From: Amphiscolops sp. MND2022
Taxonomy: Eukaryota
Direction: 5' to 3'
Assembly (NCBI GenBank): GCA_964187785.1
Contig: OZ076409.1
Span: forward strand, 24,492,001 to 24,556,000
Length of the DNA: 64,000 nucleotides
Positions 37,103 to 50,300 of the stretch are shown in pieces (positions within the stretch are counted from its first letter, which is position 1; each line of letters starts with the position of its first letter). The notes under the pieces are model-generated. The model saw only the letters and a program-made list of their open reading frames with translations, did no database searches and had not been told where the DNA came from. A program made the position numbers and the translations under genes.

Positions 37103-40100
37103 GTATGTGTCTACATTGTCACAGCACCAAAATGCTATTGTCACTCAGACCTCTTTCTTTATTGAAATTTCTGCGCAAGCTGAAATGTTATAGAAGCCAA
37201 GCCGTAAATGTTTTTCCTCATCTATTTTTTGACCCGATTTGTTAGCCAATCCAGTATTAATAAGAAAGAGCGCTACTCCAAGACTTCAGCTATTTTATTC
37301 AATTCTCGTACTAGCGATGCTGCGCTCATAGAAATTGAAGCGAACGAGTGTTAATAAATTGAATTGATGAAATGTTTTTTTAAAAGCCGAATATGAACAA
37401 ACTTTTTATACGATGTGCATTGATATTCAGGGTTTTGTGTTCCATGCTCGGTTTGTCGTGATACTGAAAAATTCAGATATTTTGTTCGGCAGTGAGTATA
37501 AGCGTAAGATTTAAATTTCTCAAGCTGTCGACAACAATTCGTTTCTCGTGCAATGGAACAAGCTATAATTATGCTTACGTACGCCGAGTTATTGAGATGA
37601 AGAGAACGATGTTAATTATTCGTTCTCCGAGAGCTTCGACTGCATTCAAATGCGAATGCGAAACTTCGTCTACGCTTAGTAGTTATATTTTCTTTAGTCC
37701 GATAAGAATTAAAGGCGGTGTAAACTGGTAGTGATTAATTGTGCGCTATATAAATTATTAAGAAATGCCTCTATTATTGAAGATGAAAGCCCAGAAGCAG
37801 AAGTAGTACTGTGTCCCGCAGGGGCCTATTTTGGAAGGCGGTTTTCTTCAGTGACGTAAACCAGCTTAACCCTAAATGGACTATAGTACCATTTCGTACC
37901 AGTTACTTTCTGCAAACTTCTGAAGGCATTTGCTGTGAACGTATGGAAAGAAAACTCTTCAAGATTTTTCAGACGATATTACAGCATTGCTCGCATTTTC
38001 ACGAAATTTTGACCGGGTCTCTCAGAAATCAAGAAACCGGGGTCAAAACATCGAAAGAACTTGTGCAGATTTTTGGTTTTTCCAGTTTTCGTTTGTGGCC
38101 AGTTTATCTCACTGGTATCAAGGTTGGGTTGTAGCAGCTCTAGCATGTTTTGAAACATTCTGAATTGCAATCAGAGACACGAGTCGTTCAGTGTTTTGGC
38201 GCAAAGTTCGGAATGCAAAGGGCGGCCAAAGACCTTGCGTGTCAGGGGCCCGCGCCAACGAGGCTCCAGGCCAGCAGTTCAGAAATCAAATTGAAAGCCC
38301 TGATTGTCTTCTTTCGAACGCGCTATAAACTGTTTGTCGGACTTGAATAGTTCAGAAGATATCGCGGTTCAAAGTTTAAATACCAGATTTTTGGATGGCC
38401 TCTGAAATTGCTTGGTCCATTTAGGCTTAAATGGCGATGATATGAAAATGAATTCTCTCGTATATACTATTGTTCCCTGTTTTTCAAAAATTCAAGAAAA
38501 TGCTTCAAAGTATTTTCGGTGTGGTTTTTTTCGAGTTATTCCAGAAGCATTGTGCCAACTGTATGCTTTTTTACACGTCAATGAATAAAAAAATTTAAAT
38601 TAGATGCTGCGGAAAATTGACTAAAAGTGATGGTTCTAAATGTTTTTTATGTTTCGAGTTTGATGATTGAGCTATGACGTTGCTCATTTCTGGTTTCTAC
38701 ACCTTGGGGAACATGGTATAGAGTCTGTATTTTATGATGAATAAATTATCTGTTCTCAGCCTCAGATTTTTATACTTCAAAATTGTTCAACAAAGAATTT
38801 CAAACTTTTGTTGGAGCAATGAATTGGCATTGCATTATTTATTATACGTAAAACTGGCATTAATTCAACTGAATGTGGCAATGATCGTTTTGCGACTGAG
38901 AAATTCGAAATTTGTTGCACACCTCGCACTTCTGTATAGAGAAATGGGAGGGACTGTTTTGACTGCTTTTTGCAAAAATAAACAAAAAAGTTCACGATTG
39001 CACTTGATTACTCGACCAAGGTGGAGCTGTATTTCCAAGATGATGTTAGTTCTCAATAGCAAGCCTTTTTGAGACCTTTTACATGAATTAGGGATGTGCC
39101 GGACATCAATTCCGGTCCGGTATCCGACCGGATTTCAATAAAATGCCCAGTCCGCGCGGTATCTTTTGACGAAATCCGACCGAACAAATATATTAACAAA
39201 TGATCGCACATCTCCGATGAAAACAGTTTGAAACAGCCAAAATTTGTTTCAGAATTCACGAAATCGCGGAAATTAGGTTCAAAAATATTAGGTCACCGTG
39301 AAGGAACTGAAGGCAAAAAAAACTTTTGTAAGAACTGGTTCAATTGATCCATTCAACAAATGACGAGCTTCGATTAAGCTGCATCTGAAAGGAAACGGGT
39401 AGAACTACTTTTAAGAAAACGGATCTATATATTCGTCAAAAAGTGACATCCTTTTGCTTCTTTTGATCTGATCTCTCTCCTATTAACACAGTCTCAAAAT
39501 TTGGCTCAGCGTGAATCTGAAGGTAGTTAATTTTCGATTGAGTACACTGCCGAAGAAATTGGGTTAAAATATTGAAAAAATCTATTATTAATTCATTCAA
39601 AGCAAGACGCCTATATGAACGAACCAATTATAACGCATTAGCAAGATTTTTTAATAGCAAGATTTTAGAGTAACGAAGCGACTTGCAATTATACAGTTTC
39701 TACTGTACCTGGATGTTGCAGTTGTCAAACTTAGAACATGAAAGAAAGTTCCCGTCAAATACCTTTTGGCCAGATTTTGCGATTGTCATTGTTTCTTTCG
39801 AAGTATTGAATTTACTCCCATTTGTGTTACCCGTTACTCTGACTTTTTTACAATAGCACGTGTGACGCGTGTTTTCGTAGGCCTCTTTTGTAAGAATGTG
39901 TGCGGATTAAATTGTTAGATTTTTTAAAAACCAGTTGAAACGTTGACATTCTTTAGTTTGACGAACGTTACAGGTGTAATTGCTTGACCTCATTGCGCCT
40001 CATCTGGATTTTCATCCCATTGATTGACGTTCCTTATATTTTTTGTGGCGTGGGGCTTGTTACGCGTGGAGGTTTGTCATTTTGACTGATCTGAGAATTT

Positions 40101-40391
40101 CCATGGATGGATGATTCTGAAACAAGTATTAAGCCAGTTTCGCAGTCATGCATATTTTTGCTGTCACTGTGAACCGGCTTTCCATGGCGTGATAATTGAA
40201 GATTTGATGTAATGTCGTGCAATGTAAATTTTGCCTAACACGCCGATGAACTAAATTGCAAATACTAGAAGCATTGACGGTGTTTTTGAAGTGAATGAAA
40301 GGGTTTATGGATTTTTCAGTAGAAAATGACGCTCTTTATAGCGCTTGACAAACTTGACAGATGCCCGCTTCCAGGCAAAGCTTTTGAAAAG

Positions 40392-40990
40392 GGGAGTGAC
40401 AGATTTCGTCCCAAACAGATTTCGTCCCACATGGAAATTTTGACAGATTTCGTCCCACACAGATTTCGTCCCATTTTTTAACATTAAAACAGATTTCGTC
40501 CCATTTTTGACAGATTTCGTCCCAAATAATTATAACGTAGTCAGCTATGTTCACATACCCCTAGTGCCTTAAATGCAGGAGCGAAGCGAAGCGGAGCGAC
40601 GTGCCATATGGCCATGCCTCAATGTTGCTACTTGGCGAAGGGAGCGAAGCGACCGAGCCATACAACAAATATGCTAACCTCTTCAAAAAAATCAAGTTCC
40701 ATACATATTGGCTGTAACAGCACCGAATGAAGAATCACCGAATAAATTATACCGATTAGTGCTTAATTTTGTGTATAGCATAGAATCATTTCCCATACTA
40801 TTAGTAATCCGGGACAAAATCTGTCAAAAATGGGACGAAATCTGTCTAAAATGGGACGAAATCTGTGTGGGACGAAATCTGTCAAAAATGGGACGAAATC
40901 TGTTAAAAATGGGACGAAATCTGTTTGGGACGAAATCTGTCAAAATTCGACGTGGGACGAAATCTGTCTGGGACGAAATCTGCCACATTC
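40392..40990. mobile_element. MITE (MULE-like) with CAGATTTCGTCCCA / TGGGACGAAATCTG arms and core B, 9-bp TSD
   Basis: TTTGAAAAG at 40383-40391 and 40991-40999; about 6 forward and 8 inverted arm repeats. Confidence 0.9.
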
Positions 40991-42339
40991 TTTGAAAAGG
41001 CTTCATTTGAGCGACCATGATTTGTGAAAGGGAAAATAAACGGCATTTTTCGGACAGACGTGCTTTTCAGACCTTCCGCGCAAAAGTTGAAAGTTGAAAA
41101 TACTTTGTTGAAGTCTTATTACTCTTGAAAGGATGTAACTGTTATCTAAGTATCGAACTTCAAACAATCAAACAGTCTCCTAAAAACTTTCACTGAAAAT
41201 GAACATCCATGTTGATGGGGACGATGAAGGAGCTGCTTCGCGCTTCTGAGAACCGAGTTTTTAAAAGCCTGATCATGTGATTAATCTCAATTTCCACAAA
41301 TGAAAGCATATTTTGACTACTATCAAGGCCAGACTTCATTGAAATTTATTTGTTCAGTTGCAGATAGTGAATCATTTGATCGGATAGTAATGTCGAGCGG
41401 CATGCAATATGTGAAATTATTGACTCCATTGCACTTCAGTGTGAACCACTTCAACCGGTGGGTGCAATTGAAATGGTCGTGGATAATTGCTCGACACTGT
41501 CTTCAGAAACTATTTGACCTGTTGTTCTGTTTCGTCTCTTCCTTCTGTTCAAATTGTTCCATCTCTTTCTTCTGTTCAAATTGTTCCATAGAAGTTTATA
41601 TTAAATAAAGTGGCATTTTTTGTTAGTGGGATTGCTGGTAAAACTTAATTTTTAGCGTGTTTTTCATTTCGGAAGGAACTATGAACATTTACCGTCATAG
41701 TTCTGCCGTATGTTTCATTCCATTTGACAGCACGGTTCACAAAAGACGATTTTTGTGAATTTGTGTTGAATTTTTGATCGAATTGAAAGATTTCGAAGTT
41801 TTTTTGAGTTTTATACCCGATGGTTTCCTCGAAGTTGTGAACACTTCACTTTTGACGATATGCTTTGGGAAGAGCTCCCAGGTTTTTTTAATCAATATGT
41901 TTTGACGGAAAAAACAATGCCAGTCTTGTGAAAACAGTTTAGCTCTAGACCCCACAGAAAATTTTTACGAATTGAGGTGAAAGATTTAAAGAGACCCGTG
42001 ATTTGACGTGTTTACCACAGCTTGTACCGTTACTCGAGTATTCAGTTAAAGATGCAAGAGAATACATGCACGATTGTTTTCTACAATACGGAAACTTTTA
42101 TACACGTCAAATCACTGAGAGATAGTGATTTTTCGTTCGCTTTCATATTTTCATGCATTGATACTATCTACTCCTCAGTATTGTAATAGAAGACAACTCC
42201 GTTTTATATTATTGAATTTAAAGCACTCTAAATCAGATTCAAATAGCATTAAAAGACAGACAACCCATTGCCATAACTTATCTGCTCAATTGCAAATTAG
42301 GTCTCAAAATAAGCACTTTGGATATTGATATGTTACATA

Positions 42340-42783
42340 CTCTGTTGTGCTTAATAAGAGGGGGGGTACCTACTACTGTCTCTGCCTGAAAATCAGGGAC
42401 CCCCCCTCTTATTATGACCCCCCCTGGTAGCAAACACGAAAGAAATAACTGATCTTCAAAGTTTGTCTCGAATCGAAAATACAGTTAAGCAAGAAATATC
42501 TACCGCTTCTAACGAGCTACGGCCATTTTTCAACAAACTGATCTCGGAAATCAATCAACAAAGACGAAAATTCAGAAAACCGGCCGGAAAATAACTTTTG
42601 TTTTGTATAAACATTTGTAAAAGATGCGTTTCAGTTTAATTTTTCTGCTTTAAAAATGTTTTCTAGAATTCAGGAGCTGTTTAGACCCCCCCTGTAATTT
42701 AGACCCCCCCTCTTACTGTTCGCCAGAAATTTGCTAGACCCCCCCTCTAAATATGACCCCCCCTCTTATTAAGCACAACAGAG
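42340..42783. mobile_element. Tc1/mariner/pogo-type MITE, ~28-bp perfect TIR, TA TSD
   Basis: TA|CTCTGTTGTGCTTAATAAGAGGGGGGGT ... ACCCCCCCTCTTATTAAGCACAACAGAG|TA. Confidence 0.9.
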
Positions 42784-44377
42784 TATTTCTCCGTCGAGCT
42801 ATCCTCTACAGTGGATATTCCGATTAATGTGTTTCAGACCTTGTGTTTCGAAACTTAAGTCGATTTTAATTGAAATTTGAAGGAGTCTAATTGTTTTTTT
42901 CTCATATTTAAAAGTTTCAAATTATTTGAAGTTGTGAATTTTTGGAACAAATTATTACAATGCTGCTACAACCCCTTGGATATTTTTAGCCTCAGACGCT
43001 GCGTTGTATTCGTGGGTTCTTCATGTCTCCCTCGGTACGTGGTTGATTCAATTATGAATGAAACCAAGGCCATTTCATACGTTCAACAAATAGATTAAAT
43101 TAATTGAGTTCTATCTGATTTTCGCTGATTTGTTTTAAAAATCATTTTCTAATTTCAAGAAAGTACCCGTTGAATATACACAGATCAAAAAGGTGGTCTA
43201 GTGTTCTTTGGGGGCTCAGGTGTCTAGTGATCAGTGAAGTTTTTCCGTCGTGACGTGCAATTCCACTCTAGCCTCTAATTTACATTACAGCTGAGTATCG
43301 CTTGTTGTGAAAAAATGATGATTTCCACGCAAATCAAAGACTGTGTTCCGAAAAACTCACAGAAACCAATATGCAGTTGCTGCTTCGTCAATATTTAACA
43401 GAGCCGATATTGTTTATAGCACATGCTCTTGGTGGAATGTTATTGCTTATTATGTACGTCGCCTTGAGTTCATACCGCTTGGTTACTCTGAAGTTTCTGA
43501 ACTACTCATCGTCACTTGAATTTCGTTCGTTTTTTGAAGGTATTGAGCAAATTTTTTTGCAAATTTTCTGCAAAATGAGTGCCATTGGTTTTTGCTGCCA
43601 TTTTCAACTTTGACGTTTTGGTACTTTTCCCAAACGTTTGGTAACAGAATTTCCCTATTCCGTCAAGTAGATCATTGTATTATCATTCTGTGTGCAGCCT
43701 GTGCGGCCGATACTAGTTGATGTTTTTTATTTGCCGTTTTGAGATAAAGACTGTTTAGCTTGACAATTGACGCCATTTATAGTCGAAATGACGCATGCAA
43801 ATTAGCTACCGCAATTCAAGTGTCTTTGCTTATGTTTCAATTGCAAGCTACTGTTGCAGTGCTTCAAATAATACCTAGATACATGGTTAATTTCACAGCA
43901 AAAAAAATTGAAAATCAGTTGACAAACTGTGTGCATGAGTGATCATCGGTTGAAGAAAAAAACAGAGCCTGTGAAAATGATGAATGTGTATGAAGATACC
44001 GCCGCTTTTTGCACAGCCTTATCATGTTTTGCAGAAGAATAAAAGCGGCCCTTCATATGTAGAGGCTCGAATAACGTCTAAAAGTGTTTCGGGAATAACA
44101 TTTAAAAATCAATGTATTAAGATTGGGAATGAGCGTGGAAAGAGTGTACGCCGCATTCTTATGGTCAAGTTGTTTCCGAGATGAAAGATGCCCCTTGAAG
44201 AAATGGACCTCATTATAGCCACAGGGAAAAGGTGCCCAAATGTCACGGGGGAAATGGATTAATGTGTTTTTAATTTAGTAAGTCACGGAATGCCCTTGCA
44301 AGATTGTAGTCACTGCTTTCCATCCCAGTTGGATGTCTTTTTCATTCGCGTCACCCATTTTGCTCCCCTTCGCTTTT

Positions 44378-45066
44378 TTTAGTCGGCGCTTCATGAAGTG
44401 AAACGCGACTATTATAGTGACTTTTCTTTTTTTTTTTTTTTCAATCCACACGAACTGACCAAAATAGTTCTTAAAAGTTCTACAAAATATTATGGTGTCA
44501 AATAGCACCATTTGGCCTAGCGAACTGGACCAAAATGAATTTACCTGTTTTTCCGCGTAACATATCATACCGGGCGAGACCAAAGAGTCCCCCCTTTCAT
44601 TTTTTTTCGGCACTGCGAGACATTTTTTTCGGATTTTTTTTTCGAAATTTTTTTTCCGCAAAGGGTCCCCCTGCATTTTTTTTATGTTTTGCGACAGAAT
44701 GGATGTTGGAAAATCCCAAAGGGTTCCTCCTTTCAGTTTTTTTCGGCATTGTGAGATTTTCTCCCGAAAATAAAAAAATTTTTTTCTTCAATTTTTTCAT
44801 GTTTTGCGACAGAATGGATGTTGAAAAACCTCAAAGGGTCCCCCTTTTCAGTTTTTCGGCATTGTGAGACGTTAGCGCGCCAGGGGCTCGCGGTAGCGAG
44901 CCCCGGCGCGCCACTCGGTCCATTTTTTTAGTATGTAATTTTTTCAAAAAAAATTTTCGAAAAATTTTCGAGTTTCGACTACTGTAAACGAATACTTGAC
45001 ACTTGGAAGTCTTTTTGCTATTTTTGAGCCTTGGATATGGCGCCGACTTGGGCCGGTCCCGGCTTG
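44378..45066 (+). mobile_element. Helentron-associated (HINE/DINE-like) non-autonomous element, best-preserved copy
   Basis: 5' TTTAGTCGGCGC and 3' GGCGCCGACT subterminal inverted repeat, then GCCGGTCCCGGC hairpin and TTGTT; internal AAAGGGTCCCCC / GACAGAATGGATGTTGAAAA repeats. Confidence 0.7.
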
Positions 45067-45172
45067 TTGCTGAGTAATTTTGCGTCTGCTTTGAAATTGA
45101 TTTTTACTTTGTGATTAGTTACTTTTCCACGCCGTTCAAACAGTTTCGAAATTCTTTTACGAGTTTCTACGC

Positions 45173-46450
45173 TTATTTCTTGGTCCTTTTCTTGGTTATA
45201 GAATTAACCTCCAACTCACCTTTTTGTTCTGGGGCAACTTGGTAATTTAACGTGGATAGCCATTCTCTGCCGATAATTGATTTCGTGCCTTTCTTTGCTA
45301 TCAGTGTTCTGGCTTTCTTTATGTAGCTATCGTTAACTTGAAGCTCGCAGGACACATATCCCAGCAGTTGAAGTGGCTTGCCATTGAAATCGACGTACCG
45401 CTCACTCTCCACCATTTCACGTACAAGTAAAATCTCTCTTTTCAAGATTTTCTTTATTTCATCCAGTGCGTAGATTGTAACCGGTGACCCAGTGTCAATC
45501 ATGGTCTTGAATCGGTTTCCGTTTATGAAGCCTTCCATGTAGTAGGGTTTTGTATTGTTGTCATTTCCTTCTACATTCCGAACCATGTAGTTTTCGTCCT
45601 CGTCGTCGTTATCTTCTTGATCGACTAACTGCACTCTTTTGGCAAATCCTCGATTTTTGCCAAAATTTTGATTGTTGTCACTTTTCTTTTGATTACATAC
45701 CTTTTCCAGGTGACCCTTTTTGCCCCAGTAATTACACATAGAGTTGGGGGCTTTACAACGATTCAAGTGATCTAGCGTGAAATTTGCAGCACCGCATCTC
45801 CAGCATTCTCGACTGTTTTGTTTGACACCACTCACCGAGCAAACTAGTTCTTCCTTTATCTTCGTCTCTTGGTTGATATACCCGTAAGTTTTTTTGTCAT
45901 TTTAGACCATCTTCAAAAGCAATTGCGAATTGGAGGGCATCAACTGGATTATCTTTAGGTTCGGTACAAAGTTTTTCTTGTACCTGCTTGTTTGCCATAT
46001 TTAGAACAAGTATATCGTAAACAAGCCACTCCGTCTGATTTCCAAAATTGCACTTTGCCGCGAGTCCATTCAATATGTTCTAGAATTGATGTAAGGTTTC
46101 ATTCGGTTTTTGTTTTCGGGAAAGGAATGTATGTCTACCTAGAGTTCGGTTTCGTCGTACTTGAAAGCATTCTGTGCAGTTGTGTGCAATGTCTTGTAGT
46201 TGAATTGTCAGAATATTGATCTGTGGGAACTTATCCATCAACATTTGTCGCCCCGTCTTTCCAATGAAAATGTAAAGAAGACTAACTGCATTTCTTCTAG
46301 GTTCCCATCAGTGCTGGTTGTCTGGGATTTTGCTGGTCCACATCACGAAGAAGTTCCGTAATGGAAATGGAATGCCTGGCTAATACGGCGACTTCGAAAA
46401 GTTGTCGCCACAGTCATAGCTGGGAGGTTTGTCAGCATCTTGCCAGAAAT
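45173..46450 (-). pseudogene. Second Gypsy-type LTR retrotransposon fragment (gag zinc knuckles and protease)
   Basis: CWRCG...H...CKAPNSMCNYWGKKGHLEKVC; MIDTGSPVT and IIGREWL protease motifs; upstream frames broken. Confidence 0.85.
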
Positions 46451-46782
46451 AGGTTACTCCTGGGAGTTCGAGCTGTCTTCTTCTGCTAGCAGGGCCTTGT
46501 TGAAGACCTGCGTGTCAACTGCAATTCGCGTAAGAAAAGGAATACGCGTGCAGACTGTATTTTTGAACTATATACTCAGTTATGGCATTGGTGCTAATTT
46601 TGCCACTTTGGATGTATTTGAAAGGTCTAGATGTAAACAATCGGTCATATTACGAAGTTTTTTGACTAAGGAAGACAAACAGGAGCCCAGAGTTGTCTTA
46701 AATTCTAGAGGATCATTTTTTTCAACTTCGAGTACAAAACGGTATTTTGGTGTTTTTTAACAGAAAGTTTCCTGAAAGTTTT

Positions 46783-47382
46783 TTGAGTCAGCGCTTCATG
46801 AAGTAAAACGCGACTATTATAGTGACTTCTTTCAATCCACACGATTTGACCAAAATAGTTCTACAAAAGTTCTACAAAACTTTATGGTCCCAAATTCCAT
46901 CATTTGTCCTAGCGAACTGAATCAAAAAAGTTTTTCCTCTTTTTCCGCGTAACATACAATACTGGAGTCCTTCCTTTCAGTTTTTTTTGACATTGTGAGA
47001 ATTTTTTCGAAAAATAATTTTTCCCCAAAGGGTCCCCCTTCAATTTTTTCATGTTTTGCGACAGAATAGATGTTGAAAAATTCCAATGGGTCCCCCTTTC
47101 AGTTTTTTCCGGTATTGTGAGAGTATTTTCTGAAATTTTGTTTTCATCGATTTTTTTTCATCCTTCAATTTTTTGATGTTTTGCAACAATGGATGTTAAA
47201 AATGCGAAAGGATCCCTCTTTCAGCGCGCCAGGTGCCCGCGCTAGCGAGCACCTGTCGCACCAATTCCGTCGTTTTGGATTTTTGTGAGTTTGATACTTT
47301 AAGTGTTTTGACACTTTCATGTCCTTTCTCTATTTTATTGAGCCTTAGATATGGCGCCGACTGATGCCGTTCCCGGCTTGTT
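46783..47382 (+). mobile_element. HINE/DINE-like element copy
   Basis: Same 5' (AGTCAGCGCTTCATGAAG) and 3' (GAGCCTTAGATATGGCGCCGACT...CCCGGCTTGTT) ends as 44378-45066. Confidence 0.7.
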
Positions 47383-50300
47383 CATTCTCAAAATGGGTTT
47401 TGTCTATTCAATCAGAGAAAAGTTAAGACAAACGTGACATTCAATTTCCTCAGACTCCCTGATTGTTATTTGCTCGCCCATGTTGTGTCCACACACAAAT
47501 ATTTTGGTGGAGAAAGTTTGTCAAACTAGAAAAAATTTCACGCTTTCTTGAATGCTCCGTTATGTAACATGTTACGGCAAGTCGGCGGACCTTGAAAGGC
47601 GCGCTCTGTTAATTTAGATTTGGCTATCGCTGGTTCCTGCCGGCTATATGGAAGCGACCGGGCCTCCATTTTGACTGTTTTCAGTCTTTGAAGTTCTGAA
47701 AACTGGCTCAGAAGATTCTTGAAAACATTAGCACTTCTTTGATCCCGACCGCATCATATAATTTTTTCTGTTTCAGTTTGTTCGATTTGCAATGGCTTCT
47801 ATTTGATATTCACAGGCTTAATTGCACTGCAAACGCTTGCAAAATTGAGTAGTCTGTTGCAGACATTTTCAATGAAGCCTCGTAGCTTTGTTGGACTGAC
47901 ACCAACAAATGTAATTATTGAGGTCCAAGTAAAACGCTCTTTGTTTTTGAAGTCAGGAACTTATCAGAAGTTTGAAGTTTAATGAAAAGTTTGGCTTAAA
48001 AGCGAATCCATTTAACTTATTCTTTCGTGGGTGATGGTTAAAGGGTATGTTATAATTTGCTTCCTAATTAGTATTTTGCCAAAAATACTTTCCTTCCAAA
48101 TTGCGGTCAAGTGGCTCATTGTCATAGTTTTTTTTTCGGGATCCCAAAAATTGTGTTTGGAAAAATGCGCGCTTAGCTTTCCCTTCTAAGAAAAAGTTGA
48201 GCTTCCCTAAAAAGTTATTCTTTTTTTGGCTCATGATGTGATGATCAAATTGAAGCAAAAGGTTATTTTTAAAATCTTGACGTAAACTAGAATGTCATGA
48301 ATGCAACGAAACTTGCCTTTTTTCAGTCCTGAATGGCCGAACAATTTCGTTAGACGGTTGCACAAGTTCCACTAAAAGATGCTGGTGAGATCGATACAGT
48401 TCTGTGAAAAGGAAATGGGGACAAAGCAAAATGATTTGAATTAAAAAGCAAGAAAATCGAAAAGCATCAAAGTTCGTTGAAAATGAGCCGGGTAAAAATT
48501 TCTTGAAATTTAATGTTTACTGTTTCATATTTTTTTGGTTCTATCACCAATATCGGACGAATTTTGACATTTCGTTTTTACATGTACTTTTATTGGAGTT
48601 TGGTTCGAGGCCACAACGTTAGACATTTTGAGCGCTTAGACTTGATGCAATATTTGCTTTTAAAATACACCTAGAGAATGATCATCATTCGCTGCTCAAC
48701 TTAGAAAATAACTTCGGAAGAAAATCAGCTATCTCGGGGCAGTACTTCTGTGCCTAATCCTGATACTTCAGAAAAATTGATTCTCTAAAATTAATTTTCA
48801 CTGTCGTGGTCAATATTAGAAGCTGAAACTTCTATAGAGCCAAAAGACTCTAGACATCTCGAAATAATTAGATCTTTGGAAACTAATAAAACACCAAAAG
48901 TTGTCATCTAAAAGACAACTCCCCATCTTAATGCATTTGCGAGTATCATTTTTGAACTTCGTCATTATTGCTAACAGAATATCAAACAAAATTTTTCAAA
49001 AACTAGATGAAATTTCAAGATTTTCTGTACTTGAAATGATCAGTCAGATTCGGTTTTCAATAGAATTTTTCTAATTCAATAAGCAGTGTGTCCAATCGAA
49101 CGATAACAAATTTTACATTGATTTCAGTGGAGCCGATTTTTTTCATTTAGTTTTTTTGCGAAACAAATCGTAGAAAAAAGATGAATTTTTTGACAATCTT
49201 AGGAATAGTTTTTTGCGAACATAATCCACTCAATTCCTTCCATATAAGTCGGAACCCATTTTGACAAAGATAGCTCTAAACATGTCTCAAAACTTCGAGG
49301 TAACCAAGCAAAACGACATGGTACCGTTTTGAAAAAAATATTGGAGTGTGTTTTTATTAGTCACTTGCTTTTCTTGTGTTTTTAGTACCAAAAATCAATT
49401 TTAGAAAACTGATTTTTCTCTACCGAGTTCCTTTGGGCGGCTTGACTCGGATAATGACATGAACTGAAATATTCATCAGTGAACTTTTGGAAAGGTTAGC
49501 TCTGTTCGTGATGGCAAGTGTATGGCATAATTATGTTCCTGTCAGATGCAGAGCTAATTTTTGTTATAAATGGCATAGAAGTAATAAGAATGCCTTGAAA
49601 GTCCCACCTGGAATATTTTTGTGCTCTTAGAATGGATTATACAATTTGTCAGACAAAATGACGTCGTTATCAAAATAATACAACAGCATTATAAATGATA
49701 TTACATGTTCCTATTTTCTTGGTGAATGAATGAAAAAAGCTGAATGCATTGGGCAGTGAAAATATCTCTAATATAGAAACTTCCTGTAATTTCCAAAACT
49801 GAGTTGGTCCACCTATTACATGGCACTCAATTTCGATTTTGAAATGAAAGTGTATTGTGATATTTTGTCAGTCAGGCTTCAAAGCAATCAGAATATTCTT
49901 GGTAATGTTAAAACCATGAAGACTATTCAAAAAAGAGCACTGAGTTGTAGCTTTTGAGGGTTATGCTGTACATACACTGAGCAACCCTACCATTTGCTGC
50001 ATGCTCGTTTTTCTAGTAACTCCTTTGAATGAAAAACAGCTGCAACATTTTCATTCTGCCGAATGTTGAGAAAATTCGGCCCCGCTTTTTTGAGTGCATG
50101 TAAACTCGGATTCAACATGCTGTGGTGTCGTAAAAACGCAGCTCAAACGATGCTTGCTTGTGCGTTGTTTTTTAAATAGAAAACGATGAAATTTGCCTGT
50201 GTGGTGTTGTTTTTTAAATAGAAAACGATCAATTTTGATGTATATTGCATGTTTGTGGATGCATGCATATTTGCATATTACACGAAAATGGAGCAACTGA

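Noticed and set aside
39088..39190. TAGGGATG-starting hAT-like MITE end (similar TAGAGATGG at ~14546)
   Set aside because: No matching opposite terminus or TSD found; left unannotated
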